64,000 nucleotides of DNA, from positions 2,666,001-2,730,000 of the forward strand of contig CP110439.1 in the NCBI GenBank assembly GCA_026914245.1, read 5' to 3'. Each line of letters opens with the position of its first letter. Positions within the stretch are counted from its first letter, which is position 1. The DNA is from Puccinia triticina. Taxonomy: Eukaryota. The notes under the pieces were generated by a model. That model was not told the DNA's origin and did not search any database. It saw only the letters and a list, made by a program, of their open reading frames with translations. Below are positions 24,374 through 38,504 of the stretch, one piece after another. The position numbers were made by a program, and so were the translations under genes.

Positions 24374-24932
24374 CCACAGTGGGCCGCTACGCTAAACTAC
24401 GCTATTTTAGCCCTAACGTTTAGCGTAGCGGCAAAAAGCGCTGGCCTTATTTGAATAGCGTTAGCACACTGTTAGTGCCGCTACGCTGCGCTAATTTTCA
24501 GTGACGCTAACAGCACGCCTTTTTATTTTTAGCTTTAGCGCTGCACTACAGCCACTACGCTGCACTACAGCCACTACGCTGCGCTACAATGCGCTGCACT
24601 ACAGCCACTACGCTGCGCTACAATGCGCTGCACTACAGCCACTACGCTGCGCTACAATGCGCTCAGGCGCTTTTAGCGGAAAAAAACGCCTTTTTTGCCT
24701 CAAAAAGCGCTGTAGTGCAGCGTAGCGAACACTATTTTGCGCCCTGCATGCTTAGCATAAGCGCCATTGCGTGAATCTGCGCTAACGCTACGCTAAAAGC
24801 TAAAACAGCTTTGCACCCTGTGCGCGTAGCATTAGCACAGATGTGCGTGATTGCGCTAACACTACGCTAAAAAATAGCGCATTTGTGCTACGCTATGCTA
24901 ACAGCTATGGTAGTGTAGCTGACCCACTGTTG
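24374..24932. mobile_element. MITE (gctacgct-rich family) with 7-bp TSD
   Basis: ACCAAAC on both flanks, TIR ..CAGTGGGCCGCTAC/GTAGCTGACCCACTGTTG, internal 33-bp tandem units. Confidence 0.85.
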
Positions 24933-25322
24933 ACCAAACCAACTGGACCATGAATCAACATTCCTTGCTGGAGAGTGTTGAAGGCTGTCCACAAGTCTTG
25001 TAAGATTCAGGACTGCAAATGATTGCCTTGTTTTCTCGGATTCATTGCTGGAAGGACTGCCTGGATTTTCTTTCTGCCAAGGGTTCAATGGTTCTAGAGT
25101 GATGCAGCAAATACTACAAGTGCCATCTGGCCGCTACAACCTGGATTGCTGGCGGATAGGGTCAAAAAACCATCATGGAATATAATTTTGGTAGGCTGGG
25201 TTGGTGATGTTTTGGAGAAGGAGAGGGAGAGGGCAGGACAGACCAGCTTGATGTGAGATAGGGGGTGACATCACAAGATCCATGCTGTGTTGGGCAGAAA
25301 ACCAAAACTTCTGGTGCTGTGA

Positions 25323-26026
25323 CAACGGTGAAACTGATACTTTACAAGTATCAGTATTGTGTGTGTATCATATCAAAATAGATGTATTTTTGATGTATTG
25401 GTTATCACAACGATGGGAAGTTACATACTTTACGATATCCAGAGGGATTTTTGTAACATAACTTCCCACCGTTACCAGATAACGCGTTACCGTTATCTGG
25501 CAACATTGCTCCTTGGGCCGGTGGGTAACGTAACAGAGGGTGTTTTCACCCTCAATACCCGGAAAAATAACGGAGATAACGCGTTGACCGCGTTACCAGA
25601 GGTCAAAATGCCATAAAAGGGGGAAAACTCCCCTTTTTTGCGCAGGTTATCCTCCTATAATTGCAAGGGATAACATAACTAAGCTAGGAAGAGAGGGAAA
25701 AAAATTAAAGAAAATGTAACGGAAGCTTTGCCGCCGTCATGGTAACAATAACAGCAAGGATTCCATTACGTTTTCGTTACGCTACCGTCACGGGTAGCGT
25801 AACCTCCCATTGTTGGTTATCAGATACAATACATGGTTTTCCAAAACTGTGTATTTTGGTGCCCAATACAATACAATACAGCATGTATCAGGGGAAATAC
25901 ATGCTGTATTGTATTGAAATACATGTATTTGTGATGTATCTGATATCAGATACAATACACACTTTTCCAAAACTATGTATCGCCAATACAGATACAAATA
26001 CATGTATTGTATCAGTTTCACCGTTG
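25323..26026. mobile_element. MITE with 7-bp TSD
   Basis: TIR CAACGGTGAAACTGATAC, GCTGTGA on both flanks. Confidence 0.9.
25408..25815. mobile_element. Nested MITE with 7-bp TSD
   Basis: TIR CAACGATGGGAAGTTAC/GTAACCTCCCATTGTTG, GTTATCA on both flanks. Confidence 0.88.
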
Positions 26027-28062
26027 GCTGTGACTCAAAAGCCATAACTTTAGCCCGCTGAAAATTTTGGTTGGTTCAAGCTTAAAAAGAATCACAATAC
26101 CTCAAAGCTGGTCATACTCTCATGTACCGTGCTGCGGACCGGAACCAATTAGGTTTGAAGTTAGTTGATGATACTTGGAAACCCTAACTTAGATGCACAT
26201 AGTTCATCATTGTTTCACTCCCGTTGTACTATTCTCATCTCATTGTTTCCTCAACATCAATCAACTCATCAATTCATTGTCTCTTTGGCTTGCAGGTATG
26301 GCTTGTATTTCCATCTCCTCACACCTCCTCATCTCACTCATCTAGCTGTTTGTTTCACTTCTTCAGGTGTGCATCCACCTGTCCCACCGTCTCTGACTGT
26401 TTGAGTTAAGTTCACAGCATCATTGCTGCTCCAGGTTGGTATCTTATGTCTTGTTGTTTCATTCTCATCTCATTGTTTCCTCAACGTCAGTCAACTCATC
26501 ACTACATTGTCTCTTTGGCTCGCAGGTGTGCATCCACCTGTCCCACCGTCTCTGACTGTTTGCGTTAAGCTCACAGCATCATTGCTGCTCCAGGTGCGCA
26601 TCCACCTTTCCCACCGTCTCTGAATGTTTGCGTTAATCTCACATCATCATTTCTGTTCCAGTGTTGTTGTGTCCCACAGCTTGTTGTCTTTTACCAACAT
26701 GATGGACCAAACTGCGGCTGGACCAAGCAATCCGCCCCCCCAACCAGTTCATCTATAATTGGGGAAGGCCGCTAGGGCTTTCCAAAGAACTTGCCACTGT
26801 TCCCCCCCCACCTCATACATTAACAGATTCAAATTAGGACAAGTGGTCATCAGGAAAAAGTTTAATCAACCAAGACCTTTTGAAGGTCTGGCACAGCGGT
26901 TATCTGCCAAAAGAAAAATTAAGCTTTGTCCTTTGCTAACACCACCATCAACAACAAAATCATCAAGGTAAAGGCAGTGTTCCAATTTCCAGATGGAGAT
27001 GTCAAAATCTACACCAAAGACCGCAGAGCTGCTAAATGGTGCTCTTGAACCCTAAAACCTCTGGTAAGGCTACTTTCACACTTTGATTCATTTGCTAGAC
27101 AGACAACTCACCCTTGAAATTGAGAGGGCAGGGTTATGCTACAACAACCTGCACCCAAAGGGTAAAAATTATCTACAAGGCCCCAAACAATGCTACAATA
27201 AAATTGCTTTTCAGTGGGCAACCTTGCTCACTCTGCAAACAGAAGTTGTTATGCTCTTGTTGCGGATCAGGCCACAGTTCCACCTCTTGTGATGAAATGG
27301 AAGACTCAAGCAGAAAATTTCAACACTGCCTACAGGTTGACCAAAAAACTTCCGCAAAAATTGACCTCTTGAATCCTAAGTATGACCAATTCCCCTTTAG
27401 CAACGCTTGCCCTATCTGCAAAAAAGAACCAGAAAATAACTCTAAAGATAAGACCCCAACCCTTTTCCATGATAGGCACCATTTCTGGAACCCCTAGCCT
27501 TGACTACTCTTCTACCAACCCCTCAACCCAGTTTTCATTACCTTCAGAATTCACAAGGATCTTTAACCCCCAACTCTCCAAGCAATTCCCCCATTCATTC
27601 TCCATCCTTCAGCTAAATTGCCATAAGAGAAGGGATGCTACCTATATAAATAGTGTGCTCATGATGGACTCAAATCTACATCATCCATGTTGGAAACCCC
27701 TAACTACCAACAGACACACATTCTACCTCTAAAGATCTAATTAAACTCTGTGTGTGGAAAGGTTTCACCCTGACTTCCTCAACTGGGGTCTCAACTTTCC
27801 TAAATCCCAGAGCGTTAACCACCATTGATTTCTGCTGGATCAACACTCCTTGCAAAACTCAGGTCAGAAAATTTACCATAGCCCTAGAACACTGGGTGAA
27901 TTCCTGCAAATTCCATGCATCCTGCAGATGTTTCTGTATGAGAAGTGTTGTGGTGATTTATTTTGGCAAGCGTGGTAGAATTTCCACTCGGTGATAGCAT
28001 GGGTGGGAATGCACAAACAGATGAGCTCAGAGTGCATTTGGTGACATAAGCACTGAGGATGA

Positions 28063-28689
28063 TGTCAGGAAAAGCTTACGGAAATTCACATACATAAGGA
28101 AAGCACGGATTGGATGTTATGCGGATTGCAGACTGCGGGATTTGGATTGGGTCGCAGACCAGAGCAGATGGGTAGGGCTAGACTGCAGCGGACCAAACAC
28201 AGGGACTGATAGCAGTGGAGAGCCCGCACAGCTGAAGCGGTTTCCATCAGTGGGTGGAGCTGGGGCAGAGGCACTGGTGGGGGCTAGGCAGAGGACTTGG
28301 GAGGTCATGCGTTGGAGAGGAACAGAGACTGGGAATGTGATGTGCAGAAATCAGGCAGAGATGATGGACTAGTGCAGGAAAGCATTGAATTGTGTGATTG
28401 GGTGGGAATGGAGGTGCGCGGGAAGGAAGAGGGCGGAGGCTCAAAGTTTCTCTTCTCTTTTCCCTTTTTCATCATCTTACTTACTACTCATCATTGTAAT
28501 TATTACAGATGTACTGGAGTATTAGAAAGAGCTTTACATGACCTCTATTTTGATTACTTGCTTGATTGCTACTGCGGACTTGTGCTTGCAGAGTGCGGAG
28601 ATTCATCACTTGTGGATTATTACTCTATAGATCAGGCTCATTGCGGAGCACTGAGGGCTAGTGGAACATAGCAGTGCGGAGCCAAGACA
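28063..28689 (-). mobile_element. Probable solo LTR
   Basis: TGTC...GACA ends, flanks ATGA/TTGA; interrupts the LINE. Confidence 0.45.
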
Positions 28690-28900
28690 TTGATAATCAC
28701 TCAGCCCGGATGAATACATTCTTGAAGAAGGTGGAAGTTTCCATTTCTACACACTAACCAACCTTCATTCTCACAGTGTCCAGAGGATGCCCGGGGAACA
28801 TCCATTGGAAACCAAATTTGTTGAGAATCACTTGGAGGATGCTTCCAGAAGCTTCCAAGTGATGCTTGTCCCTTGATACAATCAGTCAGATATCAGAAAA

Positions 28901-29489
28901 CACTGTCCAGCAGAAAATCTTGAGCAAGATTGTCTGCTGGACATCTTGAGAACCCAAAAAAGCTACCATCAATTGGACATTCCAGCCAGAGTGTCCAATG
29001 GACACCAAACAAAGCTGTCCACTGGAGACTCTTGGTTGAGGGTTTCCAATGGCCACCAAAAGCCTCCTTCCATTGGAAACTCTGGCTAGAGTGTACAACA
29101 AATGCTTGGGAAAAAGTCTCCAACATCATAGTGTAGGTTGTGTGGTCCCCTGGTATATTTGTTCTGATGTAGCTGGTGAGTACTAGTACTCCATGTCCTT
29201 TAGTCCCTGCACACTCTTGAGGTCTTGTGTTTAAATTTTGGACTTCCTGATCTCCACTCTCCTCCCCAAAGCTCCAACCCCTCCTACTTAGCCCCCGCCT
29301 GCCTATCATGTCCACCTCCACCGGAACCCTGTCCCCTCTGTGGCCCCTGTGATTCCTCGGCTGTGCCAGCTGGCCCGACATCAATTAAGGCCTACATAAC
29401 ATCCAGTGGACGCTTGGAGGCCATCCAGTGGATTCTTTCTCCACTAATGTCTAGAACCAAGCATTCATATTTCTTTCTGCTGGACAGTT
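28901..29489. mobile_element. Probable CACTG-ended non-autonomous element
   Basis: CACTGTCCAGCAGAAA vs TTTCTGCTGGACAGTT with tccactgga/tccattgga subterminal repeats; no clean TSD. Confidence 0.45.
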
Positions 29490-29497
29490 CCTGCATT

Positions 29498-29966
29498 CAA
29501 CGGTGGGCCGCTACGCTACACTACGCTACAGGGCCACTTAGCGTTAGCGTAGCGGCAAAAAGCGCCCGCCCATTTTGAGTAGCGTTAGCGCGCTGTTAGC
29601 GCCGCTACGCTGCGCTACGTTTCAGCGGCGCTAACAGGGCGCCAATTGTTTGTTAGTGTTAGCGCGCCGCTACAGTCACTACGCTGCGCTACAGCGCTTT
29701 TAGCGGAAAAAAAAGGCCTTTTTTTCTAGCTAAAAGCACTGTGGTGCACCGTAGCGCGTGCTCTTTTGCGCCCTGCGTGTGTAGCGTTAGCGCAATTGCG
29801 CGCATCTGCGCTAACGCTACGCTAACAGCTAAATTAGCTGCGCACCCTTTGCGTGTAGCGTTAGCGCAGAGAAGGCGCAATCCGCTAACGCTATGCTAAA
29901 ATTTAGCGGAATTCCGCTACGCTACGCCACGCTAACGCTACGGTTAGTGTAGCTGGCCCAACGTTG
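29498..29966. mobile_element. MITE (gctacgct-rich family) with 7-bp TSD
   Basis: CTGCATT on both flanks, ends CAACGGTGGGCC/GGCCCAACGTTG. Confidence 0.88.
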
Positions 29967-32612
29967 CTGCATTGCAAGAGCCGGACAGCTGCAAGCACTT
30001 AGCATGTCCAATCAACATCTGCACCAACCTGTGGTGTATATAACCACTCCTCTGACCATTAAACAATCCATCTTTCAATCTACCTTGATGGAAAGCACAT
30101 CAGTCCCAGAATAATAGAGGCATTTCCCCTGAAAAGATCAACAACAACTGCTTCAGGGCAGATCTTGACCAAATGATAAAATCCATCCCCCTCCCCCATT
30201 CCGCAGACCCTTTTAGTTCCATGGATGCAGCAGTAGCCTGTAGAAGAAATACAAAAGTAATATAGAAAACAAGGCACTGCACCTTGGAGAGGGCAGACCA
30301 CCTTCAAACACAAGGTGGAGTAATTACAGTTGCTTCATGGGCAAAGCTTCCTGGCCAGAACTGGAGATGCCTCAGCATTTCAAGCCTACAAGTTCACCAA
30401 GGCTAAAAAGTCTGCCAAAATTGAACTGCTTTATTGATTTGATACAATTTACAAATATATGCACAGATGTGACAGAACAAGCAAAGATCTTTTTTAAAGG
30501 CACATTGGTCATCAATGCCATGTGTGACTTATTGGAGTTAAATTTCAAAACCCCAACAGCAACATACCAGTCTTCCCCCCAATCACAGTGGCAGAAGTGA
30601 ACCAAACGATAGATTTACTGCCCAACCAAGAGGTGGTGGGACCAGAATCCATCTCAATGAGCTAATCAGAATTGGCAAAGCCCAAATTTCCCCCTTCATA
30701 ACTACCCTCTTCAATGCTTGACTACAATGAGGGCATTTCCCCAAAGGATGGTGGTGGGAACTTGGAAGCAATAAAAGCCATTATTAGAAAGGAAGGGAAA
30801 CTGGACTATAGTGAATCAAACACATACCACATTGCTCTCTTATGCACATTAGGGATTTTTTCAAGAAAATACTTAACAGAAGGATGATGAATTGGATTGA
30901 GTCTGAAATTGAAGAAGAAGACAGGGCCACAATTTAACTGAAGCCTTGCTCCTCTGCAATTATTGGTTTAAATACCAATGGCAAAAAGGGAGATTTTTTT
31001 CCAGACTGTTTGTAGATGTTACATTCAAATCTGCTTATACCTGGGTTTATACATCCCAATTAATAGAACATCTTCATCAACTATCTTTTCCCAGATATCT
31101 AATAGCGGTGATCTCTTTCATCCTAAACAAGTGGACCAATTAAATGAGTTTGGGAGACTTTGTTTTGCCCTCATTTGTTATCAAAGAGGGTCTACGACAA
31201 GGTTCAACCTTATAGGTCACTTTATATATTCTTTATAATAGTAGAATTCTGATAAACAATAATTGATCTATGGAAGACCCCCAGAAGTAGCCTAATTGAG
31301 GGTAAGACCTGTATTTTTCAGTTAATGAATGAGTGACACCAGCAGGTATTATAAAGCTATGAGTAGCAGAGACACAACCTGACAGCATTGGCCTTGGAAC
31401 AGGTCCAGGCTCAATTTTTCCCACCAGTGGTATCAGGATTCAAGTATTCCAACAACATCATGAAGAATATGGAGGCTAACCAGCAACCTAAGGATGTGCC
31501 GTTTCAGTCCCAAGCTCCTGCTACTGTTGATGATCTCTTGCGGATACTTCAGTCTTTTTATCAACGGCTGAAGAAAGAGCTTTTTACAGCTTAGCCCTTG
31601 TTAGCAACCCCATCAGGATCTTTTGGACCTCTTGTGTGTTATACTGCCGCTAATCTAGTCATAATTTTCTTCACATGTAGTCTCTGTGACAGCTTCTCCA
31701 AATATGTCCCTTATTCATTTTCACATCAACCACTTTTTGACAGCATGTAGTTAGTCTATATAACATAGCATACTACAAGAAATTGAAATCATTGCTGCAC
31801 CCACCTTTGAATCACATCTGTTGAGACTCCCTCTCTGGGCTCTCAATTCATTTGCCCTCCTCTCTGTCACTCAAGAAAGTCTCTTGTTTCTGCACATCTG
31901 ACTTTGAAGCTCAAAAGTCATAGCTTCAACACATGAACTGTGACAGGTGACACAGTCAAGAACTCTGACTATGTCACAACAATATCAACCTCAGAAATGT
32001 TGGTGCATGTAGTCCACTCTATACATGATACATGCCAAAAAAGGGCCATGATTTAGACCGTAGGGAACCTTGGTAATGACAGTGTTCTGTGGTTCAAACA
32101 GAAGGAGATGAATAGGGCCATGTTCATCCCCACACTGTTTTATTTGGAGCCTCCAAAGAGATTTAGTTTTAATTTGGACCAGGACTCATGAGCTATATGT
32201 ACAAGCCATCAGATTTGTAAAAATCTCAAAAATGCTCATAATGTCCAAGAAAGATACAGATAAATTCACAACTTTAAAATTGTGCATCAGATACTGTTTT
32301 TTTGTAAGGCAGTACATGAGATGGGCATTGTTCACTTTCCAGAAAAGAGAAAACAATTTTTTAAAGATGTAGCATGGCTTTTGAAAAAAAAGGTATTAAA
32401 AATCAAACAGGCAAATGGAAAAAAGGGCAAACTAATCAGAAATGTTTTGTAATGAAAACTCCAATTTTTTCTTTTTTTCAATTCAGCTTGGGTGTTGGAC
32501 ACAAAAGGAAGCGGTAAGAATAATGATAAAAGAGTAGAACAGCTCCATTGCTTTGCTTGGTTAAATAGTTTTCTATGAGGGAACAGTCCAGGCTGGAGCA
32601 TCCAGTCAGCCG

Positions 32613-34767
32613 TCATGAACTTTCATCCAGTTGAGTAATCCTCTGGGCAAGAAGGGTCCAAAAGGTAAAAAGTACTGGAACCAGTACCACTTTCTGAAAT
32701 CGGGATCTATAATCCCCGAGCGTCCCAAGCCGCGGTCGTATCTGTAGTGAGGAAGGAGCCACACCAGCGTCAAGGAAAATGCCAAGCTTTGAGAGGAAAA
32801 GACAGTGGGTCGGAATTACACAGCGGACAATTGGGGGATGAAAGCGGATCATTGATTCGAAGAGCATAATCAAAAGACGACATACAAGATTCCAAACATA
32901 TCTACGCTCCAATACGACAGCCAAAAATAAGTGAGAACGTATCGCAACGGGCGCATTGTCCGGCCACCTAACACCTTCCGCACGTTCAGCGTCCGCTCGA
33001 GCACGATCCCCACGCCTTGGATGACGAAGAACTTTGTTGTGCTGAAGCCTAAGTCCGGCTTAGTGATTGTGAAGATCCCTGAGAAAATAAGTAAATGGAA
33101 GATGTATTCCACTTGTTACAATAAGCTAATCTTTTCTATTTTGTTGAATCAAAATGAAGGATAATTACCCCACTCATGCTGGTTCGGTATAGGAAAGGTT
33201 TGGGTTCAGATATCAGAATGAAAGAGATTATATGAGATTAGGAAATTCTGACGAAAGATAGAGCAATAAAAACTAAATCACTGACAAATATTCCACTCAA
33301 GAGCATGGAGCCCATGAGCATGAATAGTGGTTCTGAGCCAGGGCCGAAGAACAAGCGGCCCAGTTTAGCCATCGGCAGGCCACCGCAGGACACGAAATCT
33401 CGTCTAAAGACACACTGCCATCCTGGAAAAATTCATGTGTTTGATTTTTAGACATATGGAATTCCAAATACCAAAGTGTTACATGTTGTTTATATATCTG
33501 GAGAATTTGACAGCGTTACGCGGCAACAAACCTTGTCCCCAAAACTCGGAAAGATTATCTCGAGATCCAAGTCTGTTGAAGAGCGGAGGATAGAGGGAAG
33601 TATCGAAGGGCTCGGGGCGTAGATCTTCAGGGAGAATCACGCGAGCGATTGTGATGAAAAGTAGCTCGGCACCGTTGAGAACCGCGCCGAGGATATTGAA
33701 AGCGCAGATAGCCGAGAAGGTGAAGATGGCGGCGGTGAGTTGGTTGACGACGACCTCTAACGCGCGGGATCTTTGGAGCCCGAACGTCTCCGAAATCCAT
33801 CCCGACGGGCCCTCTGGATGGTTTATCGCAGGGAGCAGATATGCACACGTGACCAGGAACATCGTATGCTTCTTCGCGCTATCGACGAGCTGCTCTCGGA
33901 TAAATTGTCCGATTGGCTTCCTTGAAGCCCGTGATAAGCATCGAGCTGGCGGCGCCCAAGTGTATGCTAAACCTCGGGGACTGAGTAGAAATATGGGAAA
34001 ATCATACCTATCAGTTTGCATTTGCGATATGCGTTTGAATAGATGATCAAGAAGATTATAACAGTTATGCGAAGAAGATTATACACGGCGGTGCTTTTAC
34101 CTAGCAACTATGCCGACTGAAAACTTGATCAATTCCGCGACAGTTGGCGAATTATCCGAGTGAGGATCATCCTTGAGCTTGGTGGTCTGTGTCTGATTGA
34201 GATTCACATAAGGATTTAGTTGACGGCGCCCCGTGTTGCCGGTATGCCGATGCTCGAGGGACCCTTCGGTGGTCTTGTGGATTGTTGTCGGGTCAGCCTG
34301 GACCTCCTTGGGGACCGTCTCACGTTTTTCGGACTCCGCCACGGATGCTTTTAAGGCTGGCCCACGATGGAAGGCGAATTGGACGGCCAAACAGCAGATA
34401 TGGAATGTAGGCACGGCAACTAGGCCGTCTGATGAAGATGATAGAGATTATCATTGATAGATCAGAAACCGTGACGGGACTCTTCGTCTTTCCAGGCAAG
34501 CCTTCGGTGGACTGTGGGTAGATATCAGCATTGGTACATGGACGTACAATTGACATGGAGATATTCCTCCAACGGTAAGAACAATTTTCGTGATTGTGTA
34601 GATATTGCCAAGCCTATGATGACCGGCAATAGTACCGAACGTATCACTCGAGCTGATGGATCTGCCTCGTATGCGGGATGGAGCAGGGAGCATTGTAGAA
34701 GGAGCAGAGGAACGCAGGCGAAGTTGAAGAGTTGCGACTGAGTGAATGAGCCGAGAAGCGTTGCCAT
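32613..34767 (-). CDS. Membrane-bound O-acyltransferase, MBOAT_2/wax-synthase-like, multi-exon
   Basis: Hydrophobic exons with PPLFNRLGSRDNLSEFWGQG|WQCLFRRDF...SGIF|HEW|GIF...FFVIQGVGIVLE. ATG 34767, stop at 32613. Confidence 0.88.
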
Positions 34768-37700
34768 CTTACTATGATCAAGTGTGAGTCAGTAACAGTT
34801 TGGCATCCAGAGATCAGACAACTGATAGAACCTGATCAGTATGACCTGTTGGCAACAGTTCAGCTGCAACTGAGAATAAGATTAAAAGTTTTGTCTTCGA
34901 AAGATGCTCATGAAGTGATCTCGCGGAATCAGATGAGTTTAATCATTTATACCTCTTGAGGTATCTTCGCGCGATGGAGGATATCCTTGAACCCGTTGGG
35001 GGTCTGTCCAGTCTAGCCGATGAGTTTGTGCTGATGGCGATAGACAAGAGGTATACATCTTGGTTTATCTGGTAGAGTTTGCCGAATTAACATATCAGGT
35101 CATGCATCCTCTCCCCACGCATTCTTCACATTGATAGCTCATTCAGTTCAACAGTGCGATAAGGATTGAGAAGTGAAATTTTGATCGTGGCTAGCCCGGA
35201 TGTCCGATCCACCCTGGGCTCTTGATGGGACAGACCTGAACAGAGCAAGCCTCCAGAGACAACAACCCCGAGGAAAAACAACGTTGGCACTTTTTTTTCG
35301 GATCTACGGCAGATATGATTTATCTATGACTGCAGATGACTGCTCAAGCGGTTCCAGAAACTACGTACCCATAACCGGGAGGTTCTCGAGCTAACTTGAA
35401 AAACCCAGATTCCGACCGGGCGGTGGGCCATTATCTTTTGCCAAAATAAGTTATCCACATGTTATACATCTTGGAAAAACCACAGGCTCCTCAGTCCCTT
35501 TTTTATCCTGCTTCTTGGATGCAAGCAGAAAGGGGAATCTCCCCAGACTGCGTTGCAACCATTTCGAAGAGCTGAGTGAGGAGTACTAGTAGGCATGTGC
35601 TCCTTCTTTGCCTGAAACCTGAGCTATAAATCGTGACACCAGTCCGCTGCGCATAGCCTGCTTTCCCAATGGGTTTGAGAGTAACTGGATGATATTATTG
35701 AGATCGGATCTCCTGCATTCCAGCCGCTTTCTGCGGATGAAGAAGAGGAAACGGTTGAGGCCGCTTCCCCTACATGGTCTCTTGTTTAGGGGGTGTCGGG
35801 CTGTCTTCCCGGTTGGCCAACTGAGGCCCATGCGGCGAACAAGCTGCTTAGATGGGATTCCTTCGAGTCCAACCGTCTCGACTCGAATTGAATAGCTGAA
35901 AGTTGCAGGTTTAATCAAAAGTTCGCTTCTCGATCACTAACGAACTTGAGAGCCATCTCCCCCCTATGACTTTGAGTCTTGACCACGCCAGTCGTCGTCC
36001 CACACCCGGTATTGGAGCACGAGCTGGGCTGGCGAAGTCAACATTTTTGTCTGGGGAAGCCAATCTACCGTCGAGTCGGGCTTTACACGCGACTCAATAC
36101 CAAATGCATAGGAATGGTTGGACAAACAAGCCTTCCCTTCGTCCCGCTCCGTATCCCAACAACTAGAGTAGTATGGAGCAATCCTCGGCTGCCACTTGCT
36201 TGTTCTTAGTTATACGTTTGGTCTTTAGGGAGGAGGCCTTTCGTCTCTTCGGTTATGCTACACCATCTGTGCATAACTATCTTTATTCGCACACAGTTAT
36301 CTCTTGTCGGGTGCGCTCTGAATTAGCATAAAAGATCAAACTGACAGATTTTCTCTCGGTACGAATGTCTTGAATCTTTTCATACTTTGACTGCCGAAAA
36401 TCGGAATCACCGACGTGAACACGGAAATCGCTATACCGTCCGCCATGTATGAGAAAGCCTTGCAGAAACAAGTATTGCAGGTTACTGGTGGTTGCCTGTC
36501 TAAGCGGCGTAATTAGCGAGAGTTATCTACTAATTGGCCAGTTTGATCGTAACTAAGATTTGGCCCTGCAAAAACAGTTGGGATACACCAGTCATCTGTG
36601 ATTCGTTCGGAAGTCCAGCTCGGGTATCTTTTACATGCACAAAGGCATGTGGTAATTATACCTCGACCTTGATTCCGTTACCAAGTTTCTCAAGCAAGGT
36701 TATAAAGTATCACTTCAACCATAGAGAGTTGGGATGTATGACTGGATTCCTAATATCGTATAATACAAATCGTGTAAACTTCAACATCAGCGTGCTCTGA
36801 CGACGTTCCGAGCGAAGAGGCAACGAGCCATGACTGCTACGCTGGAGCACGGCCACCCGAGGGGGTCCAACGCATATCGTCGGTCGAAGACTAGCCTCTC
36901 CAACACCCGTCGACGCTGGAAAGAGAGGAAGGAAATGATCTGGAAGATTGCCAGTCTGATTCGCTCGAGCTACAAGAACCTGAAGGCAGCCAAAGGAGCG
37001 TAAAAGTCAAGTTGGGTTCAATTATTTTGCCTCTTTTCCTTCCAGTCTAGGCCCCACCCAGTTTAGTGAAACCCCTCATTTATCATCTCCTTTCCTTCCT
37101 CTCAATTTTAGAAGGAAGGAGCAGTGAGAAAGTCTCACCTAGAGGCCTTTCAAAAAGATACCATTTCTTTCAAGATCCTGGACCAAATGCCGACCCCTGA
37201 GACGTGATAACCACATACAATCACCCTTGAACTATCTCTCCTGTATGCTCTAACCCCTTCAAGTCTTCCCTCCTCCCAATATTTTTTGAACTGTGTATCT
37301 ACTTTATCTCCACGGACATCTAAGAGAGGGACAACATGGTGCATTTTGTCAATAGGGCCAGGAATCAGATCAAATCCACTCCTTTGATCTAGAAAAATGA
37401 TAGATATACCTGTGCATCCAATTGTTTTGATTGGAGGCTTGGAAAAACAACTCCCAAAAAATGGCTCACAACTCCCAAAAGTTTGTTTACCTCACACAGA
37501 CCCGCAGTCAACCCCTCCTCAATGTTTAACCAAACATTCAGAAGCGTCCAGGTGAGGCTAGTCATGGCACCTGGCTGGATGCTCCGGACCCTGGACATCC
37601 CCCCAACAATTTTCAGTTGAAAGTTTCCACAGGATGTGGGCCAACTCCAGGAATGCCCCTGTGGTATTACAGTGCACACCCCTTATATCTCACTTACTGA

Positions 37701-38147
37701 TATCAACCTATGTATTTCTACAAAGTTCAGGGCACAGAGCATATGCAGAATTGAAAATTATATGAAGTTTTGGAGTGCTGAGACATGTGTTTGGATTTGA
37801 TATTGATTGCTATAAAATCAAAACCAAAACCAGACTAAATATAAAATAGATTAGATAAGGAAACAAATAAGAATAAAGAGAATAAGAACAAGAAAAATTT
37901 ATCACCCAGATGATATGGAAATAGAAAGACAACTAGCAGAAATTCTAGATAGACAGAGAATAAAGGACTCCAAAAATGATCATAATATTAAAAGATCTGA
38001 GATCAGCTTATAGGAGACAAATGATTCTTCAGGGTGAGTGAATGTTGGTTTTTGATTCTCACCAAATCAGAGGAGTCATTCTTGAGTTAGTCAAGTGATG
38101 AGGAGCTCTTGAGAAATTTCAAGACAGGAAGAGAATATTGGTTGAGG

Positions 38148-38504
38148 CAACAATGGGTAGTGACATTACGTTAAATTATTCACGTACTTTGTGTAACATA
38201 ACTACCCTTGTTACCCGCAGCTGCCTGTTATGTTATTTGTAACGGGGTCTTTGCAGGCCTTGTGCGTAACATAACGGGCTCTTTTTTTGAGGTTGTTACT
38301 GCGGGTTATCCACTGGATAATGTGTAACAAGCCAAAATAGGCCATTATCTGGCGGTCTGCAGGCGCCAGTAACATAGCAAATATAATTATTTTTCCCTTA
38401 TGTTGCAGCGGTACTGTAACACACTGCTGTTACAAGTAACAGTAACAATAATGGCTGAAAAATCATTACATTACCCTTATTGGCAATGTAACTACCCATC
38501 ATTG
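38148..38504. mobile_element. MITE with 7-bp TSD, related to 25408-25815
   Basis: TIR CAACAATGGGTAGTGAC/GTAACTACCCATCATTG, flanks GTTGAGG/GTTGAGA. Confidence 0.75.

Larger units (their letters stand above)
26700..31600 (+). mobile_element. Decayed LINE (Tad1-like non-LTR retrotransposon), interrupted by later insertions
   Basis: ORF1 zinc-knuckle remnants (PKQCYN, CSCCGSGHSSTSC), APE endonuclease motifs (SILQLNCH, MDSNLHHPCW, TTIDFCW), RT remnants near 30650-31250 (TLFNA..GHFPKGW, LFVDV..KSAY). Confidence 0.75.

Noticed and set aside
35200..37000. Gene in the CpG-rich unique region upstream of the MBOAT
   Set aside because: Only short ORFs and no coherent exon chain or motif that I could support.
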